Positions 27,077 to 38,733 are shown, counted from the stretch's first letter. The stretch is DNA of 64,000 nucleotides from Blastocystis sp. Blastoise (GCA_039096225.1 JBBPEB010000006.1:1316665-1380664), one strand, 5' to 3'. Notes: generated from the sequence alone by a model not told the origin. Translations and numbers: made by a program.

Positions 27077-27748
27077 TTAAGATGCAGTAAAGTATATATA
27101 AAGATTTGTATTTGATAAATCAATTGGATTATTTAATTGATCATATACTTCCCATTGGATATCTGTATATTTACCATCAATACACGGAATAGATAAATCA
27201 CTGAGAGCAAATGTATTATCAAATCCTTGTTTAGCATATAAAGGAATAGAAATTAAATCATTATCTTTATTAATAATATCACAATACACACGTAACATAT
27301 AGATCTTATACCATGAAATATTATTGGATATATATTCATCAGTAAATACGATTGTATCACCCGGTGAAAAGTATGATGATTTAATGCCTAAGTATTTAAA
27401 TAGTCCAGAACTAAGACCACATTCAAACCAATGATTTGATTTAAAAGTTTTAGTTTCTTTATTATAGCTGAAACCATAAGGTTCTCCTTCAACATAGGAT
27501 TTCATTTTTTTTCCAATTTCATATAATTGATCTAAAAAATCTTCTAAAGTATAATTTCCAGCTGGAAATGTATATCTACCAGCATTATCAAAAAACTGAA
27601 TATTGAATTCAGGAATATTAATGATATCACTTGTATTCACTAATGTATTGATATGAGTTATATTTTTACCTACTAAATCCAAAGTATAATTGAATTGTTC
27701 ATGACAGATTTGACTTGTAATTTTACTTAGATGAGATATTGATGTCAT
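27077..27748 (-). CDS. Minor capsid protein (penton, single jelly roll)
   Basis: FPAGNYTLEDF, LRVYCDII and IQWEVYDQLNNPIDL resemble Polinton/PLV penton motifs; it lies between the ATPase and the MCP. Confidence 0.8.
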   Translation of the reverse strand: MTSISHLSKITSQICHEQFNYTLDLVGKNITHINTLVNTSDIINIPEFNIQFFDNAGRYTFPAGNYTLEDFLDQLYEIGKKMKSYVEGEPYGFSYNKETKTFKSNHWFECGLSSGLFKYLGIKSSYFSPGDTIVFTDEYISNNISWYKIYMLRVYCDIINKDNDLISIPLYAKQGFDNTFALSDLSIPCIDGKYTDIQWEVYDQLNNPIDLSNTNLYIYFTAS

Positions 27749-27839
27749 TTTTTATTAAATAAATTAATTATGTATTGATAAACAAAACAATATTTATTAA
27801 ATTGTATAAATTGATAAAAGAAAATATTAGATAATTAAA

Positions 27840-29063
27840 TTAATTGGTTGCACCATCTCTAACAAATTTAACAAATATAAAATGAGCATATAAAGTATAA
27901 GTACCACTAGTAATATTTGCACCATTATATTCAGTTAATAAGGAGATATTAACTTCACAACCACTACGAGTATTGACATCAACAACACTTGAAATAGGGA
28001 ATATATAAATAGGTTGTTCATACCACTTTTCACCATTTAAAGGAGATTGAGGATGACTATTACATCTCCAAGTATTATAAAGCATAGCATTAGGAATAAT
28101 TTGTGATGGATTCGTTGTTTTATATGTAGTAGGGAAATCCGTCTTTGGTAAGATATTTTGACCACCAATTTGGAATTGACACATCTTCAATAATTCAGTC
28201 TTAATAGGAATCATACTCTTCTCTTGAGTTGTAAAATATAGCATACAGTAATCAGGTACGAAAACAACACTTCTATTGGATAAGAATTGTTGTGGAGTTG
28301 GTTTACCTGCTGTTGTGAATGTTTGTGAATAAACAGGTGTAGTAAATGCAGATATTTGACAATTATTAGGAATACATTTAATTAAAGCACGTGGATCATT
28401 ACCAAAATTAATATCATAAATTTGTTGAAGATGAATATAAACACGATCAAAAGTTAATGCAGTGATTTTAGTGGTTCCAGTAAATAGATTCTTTAAATAA
28501 TTTGTAACGAATTGCATCTTCAAAGATTTTACTTTAATAGCACAATCAAATGTACCAAGACCAGTAATAAGAGATAAAGGAATAATAACTTGAGCTTTAG
28601 TAGAACTTTGCATTCCAGAAATACTACTTAATGTTGTATTATATAAGCATTCTGTCATACTATACATAGATTTATCAATTTCATCTTTACTTAATTCTTT
28701 AATAGTAACAAATTTTCTTGCTTTACTGGATTCAATAGATGATTCAGAATAATTAATAAGAATATCTTGACCCGTAGGAGATACAAACGTAAGATCTGTA
28801 GTAATTTTATCAATAATACTATAGATATTAGAATGTTGTACAACAGAACTAGTTGTAGCTGCATTTGTTGTAATATTGAAATTCAGTTCTAAGAATGAAT
28901 TGCTGAAATCAATAAAAGGACTATCCACTGAATTATATAAGAATTCAAATGGATAAGGTTGATTTAATAAATCCTGACTTGTAGAAACTAGAATAGGAAT
29001 TTGTACAGGTTTAATAGTTTGATTTGCCTTTGAAGGTAAGAATTGTCTTGGGAATCCTTCCAT
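27840..29063 (-). CDS. Double jelly-roll major capsid protein 1 (407 aa)
   Basis: N-terminal FIDFSNSFLELNFNI motif typical of Polinton/PLV MCPs; beta-rich sequence, expected size and gene context. Confidence 0.82.
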   Translation of the reverse strand: MEGFPRQFLPSKANQTIKPVQIPILVSTSQDLLNQPYPFEFLYNSVDSPFIDFSNSFLELNFNITTNAATTSSVVQHSNIYSIIDKITTDLTFVSPTGQDILINYSESSIESSKARKFVTIKELSKDEIDKSMYSMTECLYNTTLSSISGMQSSTKAQVIIPLSLITGLGTFDCAIKVKSLKMQFVTNYLKNLFTGTTKITALTFDRVYIHLQQIYDINFGNDPRALIKCIPNNCQISAFTTPVYSQTFTTAGKPTPQQFLSNRSVVFVPDYCMLYFTTQEKSMIPIKTELLKMCQFQIGGQNILPKTDFPTTYKTTNPSQIIPNAMLYNTWRCNSHPQSPLNGEKWYEQPIYIFPISSVVDVNTRSGCEVNISLLTEYNGANITSGTYTLYAHFIFVKFVRDGATN

Positions 29064-29238
29064 TTTAATAATTATTGTTTATGTATTTTTTTAACAAAAT
29101 AAAAATAAAATAATAATAATATTTTATAATTATTAATTAATTTTAATTTTTATAACAAAACAAATGATTGTATTATAGAATAGAATAGAATTAATTAAAC
29201 AAGTTAACGTTAAGAATAGTAAGTAAGAAATATTAAAT

Positions 29239-30711
29239 TTAAATATCACGTACACTACGTACAGCAATCATATGTAATGTATAAGGATGCTTCTCATTTA
29301 GTTCAGTATTAATATGTTTATAAATACCAGCATGAGATGCTACACTATAAGAAGCACCAGTATCAGGTGTCCATATTTTAGTAGTTTCATTATATGTACA
29401 TGTATATCCATCAGGAACAGTGGATGAATCAGCATGTCCATATTCAATATCATGGACATCTAGATTACAATCAAAATTCATTTCTATACCACTATCTGAT
29501 TGGATATTCATTAATGCTTTAGTTGGAATAATATAAATAGGATGTTTAATCCATTCATCATATTTAAGAATAGTTTCAGGATTTGAATTATCAGCCCATA
29601 AACAATATAAATTTTTATTAGGACAAGATAAACTAGCAGTTTCTTCATTATTGAAGACATGACCTTTAGTAGTAAGATTATGATAATACATTTGAGTAGG
29701 GAATTCAGTTTGAGGGAACATTTGAACATCACCAATCAAACAACTTTGATATTTAGGCCATACAGATGGACTAGCTATATTACTAATAGTTGTTGAACTA
29801 TAACCATTTGTAAACCAGTATAATATATATTCAGGTATAAATGGTAAAGCTCTATTGATATTGAAATGATCACTAGTTATTCTTGTATTTTGATAATCGA
29901 CTTGAATACATGTAGGTATAGTTTTATATAATTCATTCGTTTGGAATTGAATATCTTTATAAGTCATTAAATTCATAGTAGCTGATTCCAATTCAAATGT
30001 CTTAAACCATTTTTCATCAGTTAGATGTAACCATTGTGTTGATAATTTAGCACCACCATTCTTGAAATAAATACTCATATTATTATCAATTAAAGATTCA
30101 ATTGTACTCGTTCTAAATAGCATATTGAAATGTTTAGTTAATATTAAAGAATCTCCATCAACACCTAAACCACTAATGAGATATAAAGGAATAGCAATAT
30201 GAATAGATTGTTTTGGATGTGCACGTATATAACGAATAGAATTCAATTCATAAGTATCTGCAGATAAATCTTCACCATACATAGATTTTTCTAAATCATT
30301 CTTACTGATATCTTTTAATAAAATCATCTTACGACCACGTGAAGCATGTGTACAATTTTCTTCATATTTCAAAGCACGATCAGATCCATCAGGTAATGTA
30401 TAAACCATTTCAACATCAGTGGAATCAATAATAGAATAAATATTAGCTTTCTGAACTAATTGATCCAAGAAATATTGACATAATTGATCATAAGTGAAAC
30501 TAACAGAAGTACCTGTTTCATCTAAATAAACAGAAACTGGTCCTTTTTTATCTGTAACAGTTGCTTTGACAGTAAGATCCAAATAGGATTGATTGAAATT
30601 GATATAAGTATTATCCACATTAGTCCAATGATATTGAAAGATATAAGGACTTGATAGAATATCAGTATCACTTTGAATAGGAATATTATCTTTAATTCTT
30701 AAGATTCTCAT
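29239..30711 (-). CDS. Double jelly-roll major capsid protein 2 (490 aa), paralogue of MCP1 with insertions
   Basis: YINFNQSYLDLTV, NIYSIID, IPLYLISGLG, FIPEYILYWFT, PQTEFPT and PIYIIP are collinear with MCP1 motifs. Confidence 0.8.
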   Translation of the reverse strand: MRILRIKDNIPIQSDTDILSSPYIFQYHWTNVDNTYINFNQSYLDLTVKATVTDKKGPVSVYLDETGTSVSFTYDQLCQYFLDQLVQKANIYSIIDSTDVEMVYTLPDGSDRALKYEENCTHASRGRKMILLKDISKNDLEKSMYGEDLSADTYELNSIRYIRAHPKQSIHIAIPLYLISGLGVDGDSLILTKHFNMLFRTSTIESLIDNNMSIYFKNGGAKLSTQWLHLTDEKWFKTFELESATMNLMTYKDIQFQTNELYKTIPTCIQVDYQNTRITSDHFNINRALPFIPEYILYWFTNGYSSTTISNIASPSVWPKYQSCLIGDVQMFPQTEFPTQMYYHNLTTKGHVFNNEETASLSCPNKNLYCLWADNSNPETILKYDEWIKHPIYIIPTKALMNIQSDSGIEMNFDCNLDVHDIEYGHADSSTVPDGYTCTYNETTKIWTPDTGASYSVASHAGIYKHINTELNEKHPYTLHMIAVRSVRDI

Positions 30712-30805
30712 ATTTCTTTTAATTTTAAATAAAATATTAATAAATAAATAAAATTAAATAATTTTTATAAATTAATATAAATTATTATTTTATAAATTAG
30801 AAAAT

Positions 30806-33244
30806 ATGGAACTTGATGATGATAATTATGAAGAACAGACTTCATTAGAAGAGAAGGATACTCGTATTAAAACACATGTAGTCCCTATTGATGTTCGTTG
30901 TATTGATAATCAATTCAATATACATTTATCGAATTCTATTGATATCACTAAAAATATCATTTCTTATATTGATCTTAATTTAATTGGTAGTGAAAGTGTG
31001 CCTCTATTTGATACTTTCACAAAAACACAAATATTCAAATATATAAATACTCGTGTTAATGGAAATAGTAAAGTATACACAATCACTTTAGATCAGAAAA
31101 ATTATTCAATTCCACAATTATTAGAACTATGTCATTTTGATGTATGTGATAGACCAGTAATAAAAGATTCTCCTGATATTGATCCTACTGTCAAAATTAA
31201 TGAATCCCCTACAATAACCATTGATAGAGATGATTGGTATTGTGAATTCACAATTGCCTATACTAGACGTGGCTTTTATTTCCCAAGAGGAACCTATACA
31301 GATATAGAATTTTGGTGGGTTGCTGTATGTTGTGTATCAGCTGTATGGAAAAACCCGGTAGGTAATCGAATAATGATGAAATATGATGATGATACTATAA
31401 CAATATATAGACCTGAAGTCACCACTTATAATATTCCTGTTACAACAACAGGAACTTATACATTTAATGGATTCTTTACTAATGGAAGTAATGATTATAA
31501 AACATATACTGTTTCAACACAAGATAGTGAAAATAAAATAACTTGTGAAGTAAATGGTGCTCATACATTTTATTTTAATTGGTCAAGTAGTAATATACTC
31601 AGTTTAGAAAGGCAATTATTCACTGGTTTGAAAATAAATAGCAATACATTGGTGTATACTACACCTCAAAAAGAAATTACATTAAATAGAATGAAAAGAA
31701 CAGTTACAGTTGAAGATAAATATAATAATATGATTATTAGACATATAAATAAATATGATGGTAATTATGACACTACATTCACTGTTCCTCCTGGTGACTA
31801 TACTGAAGATGAATTCTATGATTTATTAGAAAGTTCAATTAATAATACTATTAAAACAAATTATTTAAGTATATCAAAAGATGCTCAAACTATGGACGAT
31901 AAGGATGGATATATTTTATATTTATCATTTCAAGATATTGATTCAACATCATGGACATTTACAGCTATCGATATAGAACATTCATTATTTAAGTATCGTG
32001 GTGCTCTACATAATATACGTCCTGATCTGGTATATGATGAACAAGGATGTTTTGCTTGGCATGTATCTTATGGTAAACAATTATTACCAGATACACCTGT
32101 TGATTTGAATACATTAGATTTAGATGGTAATTATAAGTGTTATACTGATAGTTATCATATAGATTTTTCTCAAGCTCAAGAATTAGGTGAAATCCTAGGA
32201 TATAATAAATTAGGTCATGATGAAATTATTAATTATGGTATTCATAATATTGATAGTAGTCGTCCAAAAGGAATGTTAATAGCTCAATCGAATATAGTAG
32301 ATAATAGTCAGAATTCTTTATATTCATTCAATGTGAATAATTATAAAGGCAATAATGAATTTCATGATATTATGAATATTAATGTGTCTCCTTATTTGAA
32401 TACAATACAAGATATTACAATACGATATACTGATAAAAATAAACAATATGTGAATTTCAATAATAATTGTATTTTAAGAGGATTCTTAGAATTCTCAGAT
32501 ACAGTAGATACGATTCAACCAAGTGAAACTATTAAGAAATTATGTTTGAATTGTCAAACAGCAGACACACAATTCTATGCTGAATATCCTACATTGAATA
32601 TCCAAAATAAGATCTTAAAAGATATTATTATTCAAAATGATACAGATACAATCCAAGCAAATGCATCTAAATTATGTACTGGATATATAAATGGATCTTA
32701 TTATCCTACATTTAGTTTTCCTTTATCTGATAAATATGTTACTTATAGTAATATAAATTCTCCAATCACAATTGATCATCATATAGATTTAAGATTTGAT
32801 GAATTATTCAAAGGAAATATCATTTGTAATATATGTGAACCGAATGGTAGTGATATACGTTTCAAAGCTTATGATGAAGTATATTGTGATTTTAGTACGA
32901 GTAAGAATTTAATTTATGAATTGAAGAAAACCAATGTCTATGGATATCAATACTTAACGAATATACAAATTATATCAGTGTATGGTCAATCCACTGATTA
33001 CTTATATCCTATTTCATTAAGATGTTTTACTAATGAATATGAGAATAATATTCATGTTATTGATACTACAAATCTACCTTATTACTATTCTAATGGTATT
33101 AAATATGAAGGTATATCGAATAAGATCAATAAGAATGTTTATTATTGTAATCGTAAATTATTAAAGTTATTACCTCATGATAATATGTTCTTTATTACTT
33201 GTGATTATCCTTGTGTTGTTTTATTAACTATCTCTTATATATAA
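30806..33244 (+). CDS. Large penton-like / spike protein (812 aa) with repeated PxGxY-type modules
   Basis: LDQKNYSIPQL, FPRGTYTDIEF and VPPGDYTEDEF resemble FPAGNYTLEDF of the small penton; AQSNIVD...QDITIRYTDKNKQYVNF resembles penton C-terminal strands. Confidence 0.65.
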   Translation: MELDDDNYEEQTSLEEKDTRIKTHVVPIDVRCIDNQFNIHLSNSIDITKNIISYIDLNLIGSESVPLFDTFTKTQIFKYINTRVNGNSKVYTITLDQKNYSIPQLLELCHFDVCDRPVIKDSPDIDPTVKINESPTITIDRDDWYCEFTIAYTRRGFYFPRGTYTDIEFWWVAVCCVSAVWKNPVGNRIMMKYDDDTITIYRPEVTTYNIPVTTTGTYTFNGFFTNGSNDYKTYTVSTQDSENKITCEVNGAHTFYFNWSSSNILSLERQLFTGLKINSNTLVYTTPQKEITLNRMKRTVTVEDKYNNMIIRHINKYDGNYDTTFTVPPGDYTEDEFYDLLESSINNTIKTNYLSISKDAQTMDDKDGYILYLSFQDIDSTSWTFTAIDIEHSLFKYRGALHNIRPDLVYDEQGCFAWHVSYGKQLLPDTPVDLNTLDLDGNYKCYTDSYHIDFSQAQELGEILGYNKLGHDEIINYGIHNIDSSRPKGMLIAQSNIVDNSQNSLYSFNVNNYKGNNEFHDIMNINVSPYLNTIQDITIRYTDKNKQYVNFNNNCILRGFLEFSDTVDTIQPSETIKKLCLNCQTADTQFYAEYPTLNIQNKILKDIIIQNDTDTIQANASKLCTGYINGSYYPTFSFPLSDKYVTYSNINSPITIDHHIDLRFDELFKGNIICNICEPNGSDIRFKAYDEVYCDFSTSKNLIYELKKTNVYGYQYLTNIQIISVYGQSTDYLYPISLRCFTNEYENNIHVIDTTNLPYYYSNGIKYEGISNKINKNVYYCNRKLLKLLPHDNMFFITCDYPCVVLLTISYI

Positions 33245-33313
33245 ATATTTTAATTCATTTCATTTAAATTAAAAAATGTTTTGTTATATTATTCATTTAA
33301 AAATTATTAAAAA

Positions 33314-33736
33314 ATGGAGCCTAAATCTGTATCTGAATCCTTACATTCTTTATCAAGTACAAGTTCAACAAGTTCAGATAGTTCAACAACAACCACATTA
33401 TCAGAAGAAGAAATAGAAAAGAAAAATACTTTATTAGAATTTATTATAAAAGCTATAAAATGTTTATTTGAGAAATCAACTGAATTCTTTCAATTAATTG
33501 TTAAAAATATAGATATTCATTGTAATTGTTGTAATCCACAAACAAAGAAAGTCTATTATAAGACAATGAAAATACAACAAACTATTATAGAAGAAGAAGT
33601 CAAACATATATCAGAAGTCTTGAATGAATTAGAAGAAATTGATTCTAATCAAAATGAATCAATACAAGAATTAGCTGTTCAATTAATGAAATTAAATATA
33701 AGTGTTGATTCTATTGTTCAATCTCTTCATTTATAA
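33314..33736 (+). CDS. Viral hypothetical protein, 140 aa (Ser-rich N-terminus, CNCC, coiled coil)
   Basis: Intact ORF with its own 3' motif at 33771-33780. Confidence 0.75.
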   Translation: MEPKSVSESLHSLSSTSSTSSDSSTTTTLSEEEIEKKNTLLEFIIKAIKCLFEKSTEFFQLIVKNIDIHCNCCNPQTKKVYYKTMKIQQTIIEEEVKHISEVLNELEEIDSNQNESIQELAVQLMKLNISVDSIVQSLHL

Positions 33737-33803
33737 TTCTATGAAATGTTATAAAATATTAATAATAAATTTGTTTTGTTTATAAATAATTTAATTTTTA
33801 ATA

Positions 33804-35600
33804 ATGCAATCAACAGGTTATTCAGATAAAGATTGTGAAGAATTCTTTACAAATTGTATAGATCAATTATTACATTGGAAGAAAATACAATTATCAACAA
33901 GTATAAATTGGAAGAAATGGATCAAGACAATATGTAAGAAATTTCGTAATGAAGAACGAATTCAAATAGATGATATGGAAGAACCGTTCTTTTGTGTAGA
34001 AGTGTTAACAGATCCATTTCAATTTCAAAATGTTATGCAACATACACAAACAGAAGCTCCTGGACAACAAGGTGGATTATCCAATACTACTGTAGCTAAT
34101 TATATGCAAATGATTACTTATATAATGAAGAATATATCTATTTGTACAGATGATGAAGATATCATTAATTATAAAGCATTTACTCCACAAAATATAAAGA
34201 AATGGGAACATTTATGGGGTTCTTTACAAATTGATGCTACTTATTCAAGACATTATGAAATCACTCAGAAAATTATTAATTGTGAAGCTGATTGGGGAGA
34301 AATCATTAATATCACCAAAAAGAATTATTTAGAGAATCCTAATGATTTATATTATGTGAATAGTTATTTATTAGTTTTAACTTATGATACATTATGTGCT
34401 CGTAATGATTATAATGATTGTGTAATCTATACTCGTGGTCAACAAATTCCTTTATCCTTAAGAAGAACAACTAATTATATTGATTTAAATACTTTGACTA
34501 TTCATGTGAATGATACAAAGAATCGATTTGAAATTGGTAAGAATGAATATCCTACTTATCAATATTTATCAGAAGAATATTTGAATGTCTTAGCTAGATC
34601 CTTACGTTTATTTCCAAGACATTATTTATTTGTTACTGAGAATGGTGGTAAAGTACGTGATTTGAAATTTGGTGATGAATATATAAAACCCCATTTAGGC
34701 TGGATTTATAAAACACAACAGAATAATTCTTTAATTAATGGTTGTGATATTATAAGACATTTATTTGCTCAATATTATTATAGATTATCAAGAGAAGCAC
34801 AATTCCAACATAATGATTCAGAACACGAATCTAAAGGTGTAGAACTCTTTGAAAATTCGATTATGAAGATGTTACATAGTCAATCAACACATATGGAAAA
34901 TTATATATCTCCTTATTTATCTTCTCATTCAACTAAATTGCAAGATTTAGATAATAAAACAAGAACATTTCATATTGATATGAATAATATTACTTATACA
35001 AGAGAAATTAATCAATTGAATAAATTATTATTTTTATGTAAACGATTTAATGATCGTATAGAACAATATGAAGAAGACTATGAAGATGTATTTGGTAAAG
35101 AGAATTTCAATATGAAATCAGAATCCATATTAAGTAGTCTAGAACAATATTCATCAGATAATGATACTATAATGATTACATTAAGATATTATAAAGATCT
35201 ATTAAAGCATCATTATCCAGATAAAACAGATTTAGAAAATGAATTACCTGTAGGATGTTCATTAGAATCTGAAGAAGTTCCAGAGAATTCTAGAGATCGT
35301 TATAATCGTTTTATACGTAATAAACAATTATTACCTGATCATTTACATAATAATACAACGGATTCAGAATTAACGAATACTCAAGCATCTCTTATGCAAC
35401 AGAATACTCAAGATGAAAACTCTACACCTATAGTTATGAATAATTCAGATACTTATGCATTACGTAGTCTTTCTACTATGCCTCCTTTAGAGCCTATTCA
35501 TCGTGGTCATGGTTTATGTAGAAAACATAAAGGTAATGCATTCTTTAAAGTCAAAGTCCCTAAAAAACATTTTCATGGAATTCAATTTAAATTTTATTAA
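33804..35600 (+). CDS. Tyrosine recombinase 1 (598 aa, long C-terminal extension)
   Basis: Catalytic residues in order: CARNDY (R), VNDTKN (K), HYLF, DIIRHLF (R), and MLHSQSTHMENY (H...Y). Confidence 0.75.
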   Translation: MQSTGYSDKDCEEFFTNCIDQLLHWKKIQLSTSINWKKWIKTICKKFRNEERIQIDDMEEPFFCVEVLTDPFQFQNVMQHTQTEAPGQQGGLSNTTVANYMQMITYIMKNISICTDDEDIINYKAFTPQNIKKWEHLWGSLQIDATYSRHYEITQKIINCEADWGEIINITKKNYLENPNDLYYVNSYLLVLTYDTLCARNDYNDCVIYTRGQQIPLSLRRTTNYIDLNTLTIHVNDTKNRFEIGKNEYPTYQYLSEEYLNVLARSLRLFPRHYLFVTENGGKVRDLKFGDEYIKPHLGWIYKTQQNNSLINGCDIIRHLFAQYYYRLSREAQFQHNDSEHESKGVELFENSIMKMLHSQSTHMENYISPYLSSHSTKLQDLDNKTRTFHIDMNNITYTREINQLNKLLFLCKRFNDRIEQYEEDYEDVFGKENFNMKSESILSSLEQYSSDNDTIMITLRYYKDLLKHHYPDKTDLENELPVGCSLESEEVPENSRDRYNRFIRNKQLLPDHLHNNTTDSELTNTQASLMQQNTQDENSTPIVMNNSDTYALRSLSTMPPLEPIHRGHGLCRKHKGNAFFKVKVPKKHFHGIQFKFY

Positions 35601-35644
35601 TTTTAAAACAAAACAACTTTTTATAGTAAAAAATAAATATATAT

Positions 35645-38600
35645 TTAATTTGGTATAGCATATAAAGTATTATCTATTAAAATTCGTTTTGTTGATGACG
35701 TATTATGATATTGATCTTCACTATAAACAATTTCTTCTTTTTTAGATAAACAATTGGATAAACAGAATAAATCTGTATCTACACATTCATTATAAGTATT
35801 ATCAATCATTAAACCACAAATACCAATAGCATTCCCTCCCTTATAAAAATTTGAAGTATGTTTTCTATGAATATTCACAATATCTATAGAATTAAATGTA
35901 TCTTTACTACTTAAACAACCAAATAAAGCATTTGTAAATTTATCTAAATCTTTCTTAATCGTAAATTGATTATTATTATTCACTTTCTTATAACTATTAA
36001 AAATATCTTCAATAGTAACTACATTCAAATAATAAGGATCTATAGTAATATGGTTATCAACAAAAGATTTCAAATCATATCCTTCTGTACTACGATCAAA
36101 GAATCGTTTCTTACATTCACTTATATGATATTCATTATCTAATTCATGCATATCTAATTGCATACTAGAATAGAAATAATTACTTACTAGATAACTAAAG
36201 ATAATTGAACGATTCTGATAGAATTTATCGGATAGAGTATAATCCATTTCATAATGATTTGGTTTCAATCTCTTTTCTACTGTCTGTTTACGTTTCGGTA
36301 AATTATGATCTACATAATCTTCATATAAATTAGCATTACCAGGAGGGAAATAACGACAACATGAAGGTAAGAAACACACTCTTCTTTCAATAGGACCAGC
36401 ATTCACAGCTGTAGGTTGGATATTACTTGTCATAAATAAAGTACCCGTGAAATGAACTTTTGTAAATATATTACTGAATAATTTACGAGCACTAGCACCT
36501 TCTTTCTTTTCTGCTATTTCTTTAAAGACTTTAGAAGAGAATGGATTGAATGTTTTCTTTCTACCAGTAACATCTTCTTCTATTAATTCATTCATATAAT
36601 ACATAGTCTTATTAGACATATCTACAATCTTAGGAGCTATAGATGTTTCTTCTAAATTATCTGGATTTACTATAATACATTGATTACTACCTACAATACG
36701 AGAAATTAAATCAGTTGTTATTGTTTTACCATTACTACCTGTACTACCATATAATATATAAGAAACTGTTTTCTGAGTATTGACATAGAAAGCAGTGGTT
36801 AGGATACGTAACATAATACTTTCATATTTCTTATCGAATTCACAATATCTTGCAATATGTTGTTCAAATAATTGGATAATATCTTTCTGTTCATTATTAA
36901 TATTCCAACTTACATTAAATTCAGTATCAATTAATAAATCTTCAAACACCATATCTTCTTTATGATATGGTTGGATATAATATTGTCTAGGATCTTCTTC
37001 TGTTGATTCTTTTGGATATAAATAACCAAGTTGTGTATAGATAACACGTTCTTTATGAACCATATACGTATCTAAATATTCTTTATAAGATTTACCATAA
37101 GTCTTCAAATAACGATTCAACCATTCTTTATAATGATATTCATTAGTAACAGAAGCAGACATTATTTTATCAACTATTTTTTGATGTTGTTCATTCTCTT
37201 TGGAATATAATCTTGATAGTTTGAATTTCTCTACAATCGATTTCATAAATGTAGTTATTTTGGTTTCAAAGAAATTAATATCATAATTATTCTTACAACG
37301 TCTTAAGATATTATATTCATCAAATGTATATAAGATAAAATTATCTTTATCTAATATAATAGATACAATTTCATTAAATTCTAATAATTGAAATAACATA
37401 ACTAATGTTTGTGAATCTACAAGATTAAAGGATTGAATACATTCTAAAATAGACATAAATATGAAATCATTATCATCATCTTTATTAAATAATTTATTAT
37501 CCATTAATATCTTCAAAATATAATTATTCGATAAATGAGTAGGATCAACTTGTATATGATTCCATGTAGATTCAATTACATCATCACTTCGATCATGACC
37601 ATAACGTAATGAATAATTTTTAAATAATTCTAATCCTCTTGTTGTATTACAAATCTGTTTTGCTGCACAACATAATTTATACCAAGTATTATGGGATTCA
37701 AAATAATTCATATCTTCAATAGAACCAATCAATAATAAATATCGTTCTAATAAAGCTTCTTTAGATGCTGTAGTATCCAATATAGTATCTGTAGAAATCA
37801 ACATAGGAATATCTTTAATATCTTGTATAGAACATAATATAGTACGTGAACAATTATTTAATCTTGCATAATAACGTTTATAACGTGAATATTGTTTTAA
37901 TTTAGAAAAGATAATAGGATTAATAATATCACTTATAAGATCATCTTCATTCTTATAATTCAATAATGTTTTGAAATAATAATGTTCATCGATTTTGCCT
38001 TCTATTTTCTTCCATGATTTATTGGTATATTCTTCATATAATTTATAAGTAGATGGGGAATTATCTTTACTACAACCAAGAAACATACAACCATTATTCT
38101 TTCTGGGTTTACCAATAACATTATAATCAATGAATTCTTTTATATCTAAATTATTCATTTTAAATAAATCAACCAATTTGGTATTCAGAATCATACTATT
38201 ATATAAGAAAAATAAATAATCACCATTTACAAACCAATTTGTATATATATGAATTCCCCATGAATAATGTATTTCATTATGAACTGTCTTCTTATTCACT
38301 TCTTTCTTTGTATACACAAGCGAAATAAATTCTTGATTATAATAATGAATACAATGATTACACATTTCTTCTATAAATTCATGAATAAAAGAATCTGTTA
38401 GAAAAGAAAAATCATTTGATATTTGGTGATAATCTAAATCAAACCATAATCTTCTATAATTAGTTGATGTATTACAAGGAGTACAATCAATATAATGTAA
38501 TAATTCTTTTTGATTTTGGTAATTAGTAAATAGACTTTTATAAAATGGTAATGGATTTGGTATAATAATTTCACTATGATTATCTTTTGAGTTATCATGA

Positions 38601-38647
38601 TTAAAGGAACCAAAAGTATAAACAAAATGAATTTGTGAATTTTCCAT
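35645..38647 (-). CDS. D5-like primase-helicase (AEP primase + PriCT-2 + SF3 helicase), 1000 aa
   Basis: AEP motifs LWFDLDY and GIHIY; PriCT-2-like TWYKLCCA...FKNYS; Walker A YGSTGSNGKT, Walker B YYMNE, motif C FMTSN, and ERR finger. Confidence 0.9.
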   Translation of the reverse strand: MENSQIHFVYTFGSFNHDNSKDNHSEIIIPNPLPFYKSLFTNYQNQKELLHYIDCTPCNTSTNYRRLWFDLDYHQISNDFSFLTDSFIHEFIEEMCNHCIHYYNQEFISLVYTKKEVNKKTVHNEIHYSWGIHIYTNWFVNGDYLFFLYNSMILNTKLVDLFKMNNLDIKEFIDYNVIGKPRKNNGCMFLGCSKDNSPSTYKLYEEYTNKSWKKIEGKIDEHYYFKTLLNYKNEDDLISDIINPIIFSKLKQYSRYKRYYARLNNCSRTILCSIQDIKDIPMLISTDTILDTTASKEALLERYLLLIGSIEDMNYFESHNTWYKLCCAAKQICNTTRGLELFKNYSLRYGHDRSDDVIESTWNHIQVDPTHLSNNYILKILMDNKLFNKDDDNDFIFMSILECIQSFNLVDSQTLVMLFQLLEFNEIVSIILDKDNFILYTFDEYNILRRCKNNYDINFFETKITTFMKSIVEKFKLSRLYSKENEQHQKIVDKIMSASVTNEYHYKEWLNRYLKTYGKSYKEYLDTYMVHKERVIYTQLGYLYPKESTEEDPRQYYIQPYHKEDMVFEDLLIDTEFNVSWNINNEQKDIIQLFEQHIARYCEFDKKYESIMLRILTTAFYVNTQKTVSYILYGSTGSNGKTITTDLISRIVGSNQCIIVNPDNLEETSIAPKIVDMSNKTMYYMNELIEEDVTGRKKTFNPFSSKVFKEIAEKKEGASARKLFSNIFTKVHFTGTLFMTSNIQPTAVNAGPIERRVCFLPSCCRYFPPGNANLYEDYVDHNLPKRKQTVEKRLKPNHYEMDYTLSDKFYQNRSIIFSYLVSNYFYSSMQLDMHELDNEYHISECKKRFFDRSTEGYDLKSFVDNHITIDPYYLNVVTIEDIFNSYKKVNNNNQFTIKKDLDKFTNALFGCLSSKDTFNSIDIVNIHRKHTSNFYKGGNAIGICGLMIDNTYNECVDTDLFCLSNCLSKKEEIVYSEDQYHNTSSTKRILIDNTLYAIPN

Positions 38648-38733
38648 GATTATTTGACTTATAAATAATGAAAATAATTATAATACAACATTTAAAACAA
38701 ATAATATATTAAAGATTCTAGAAGTCAGTTTTA

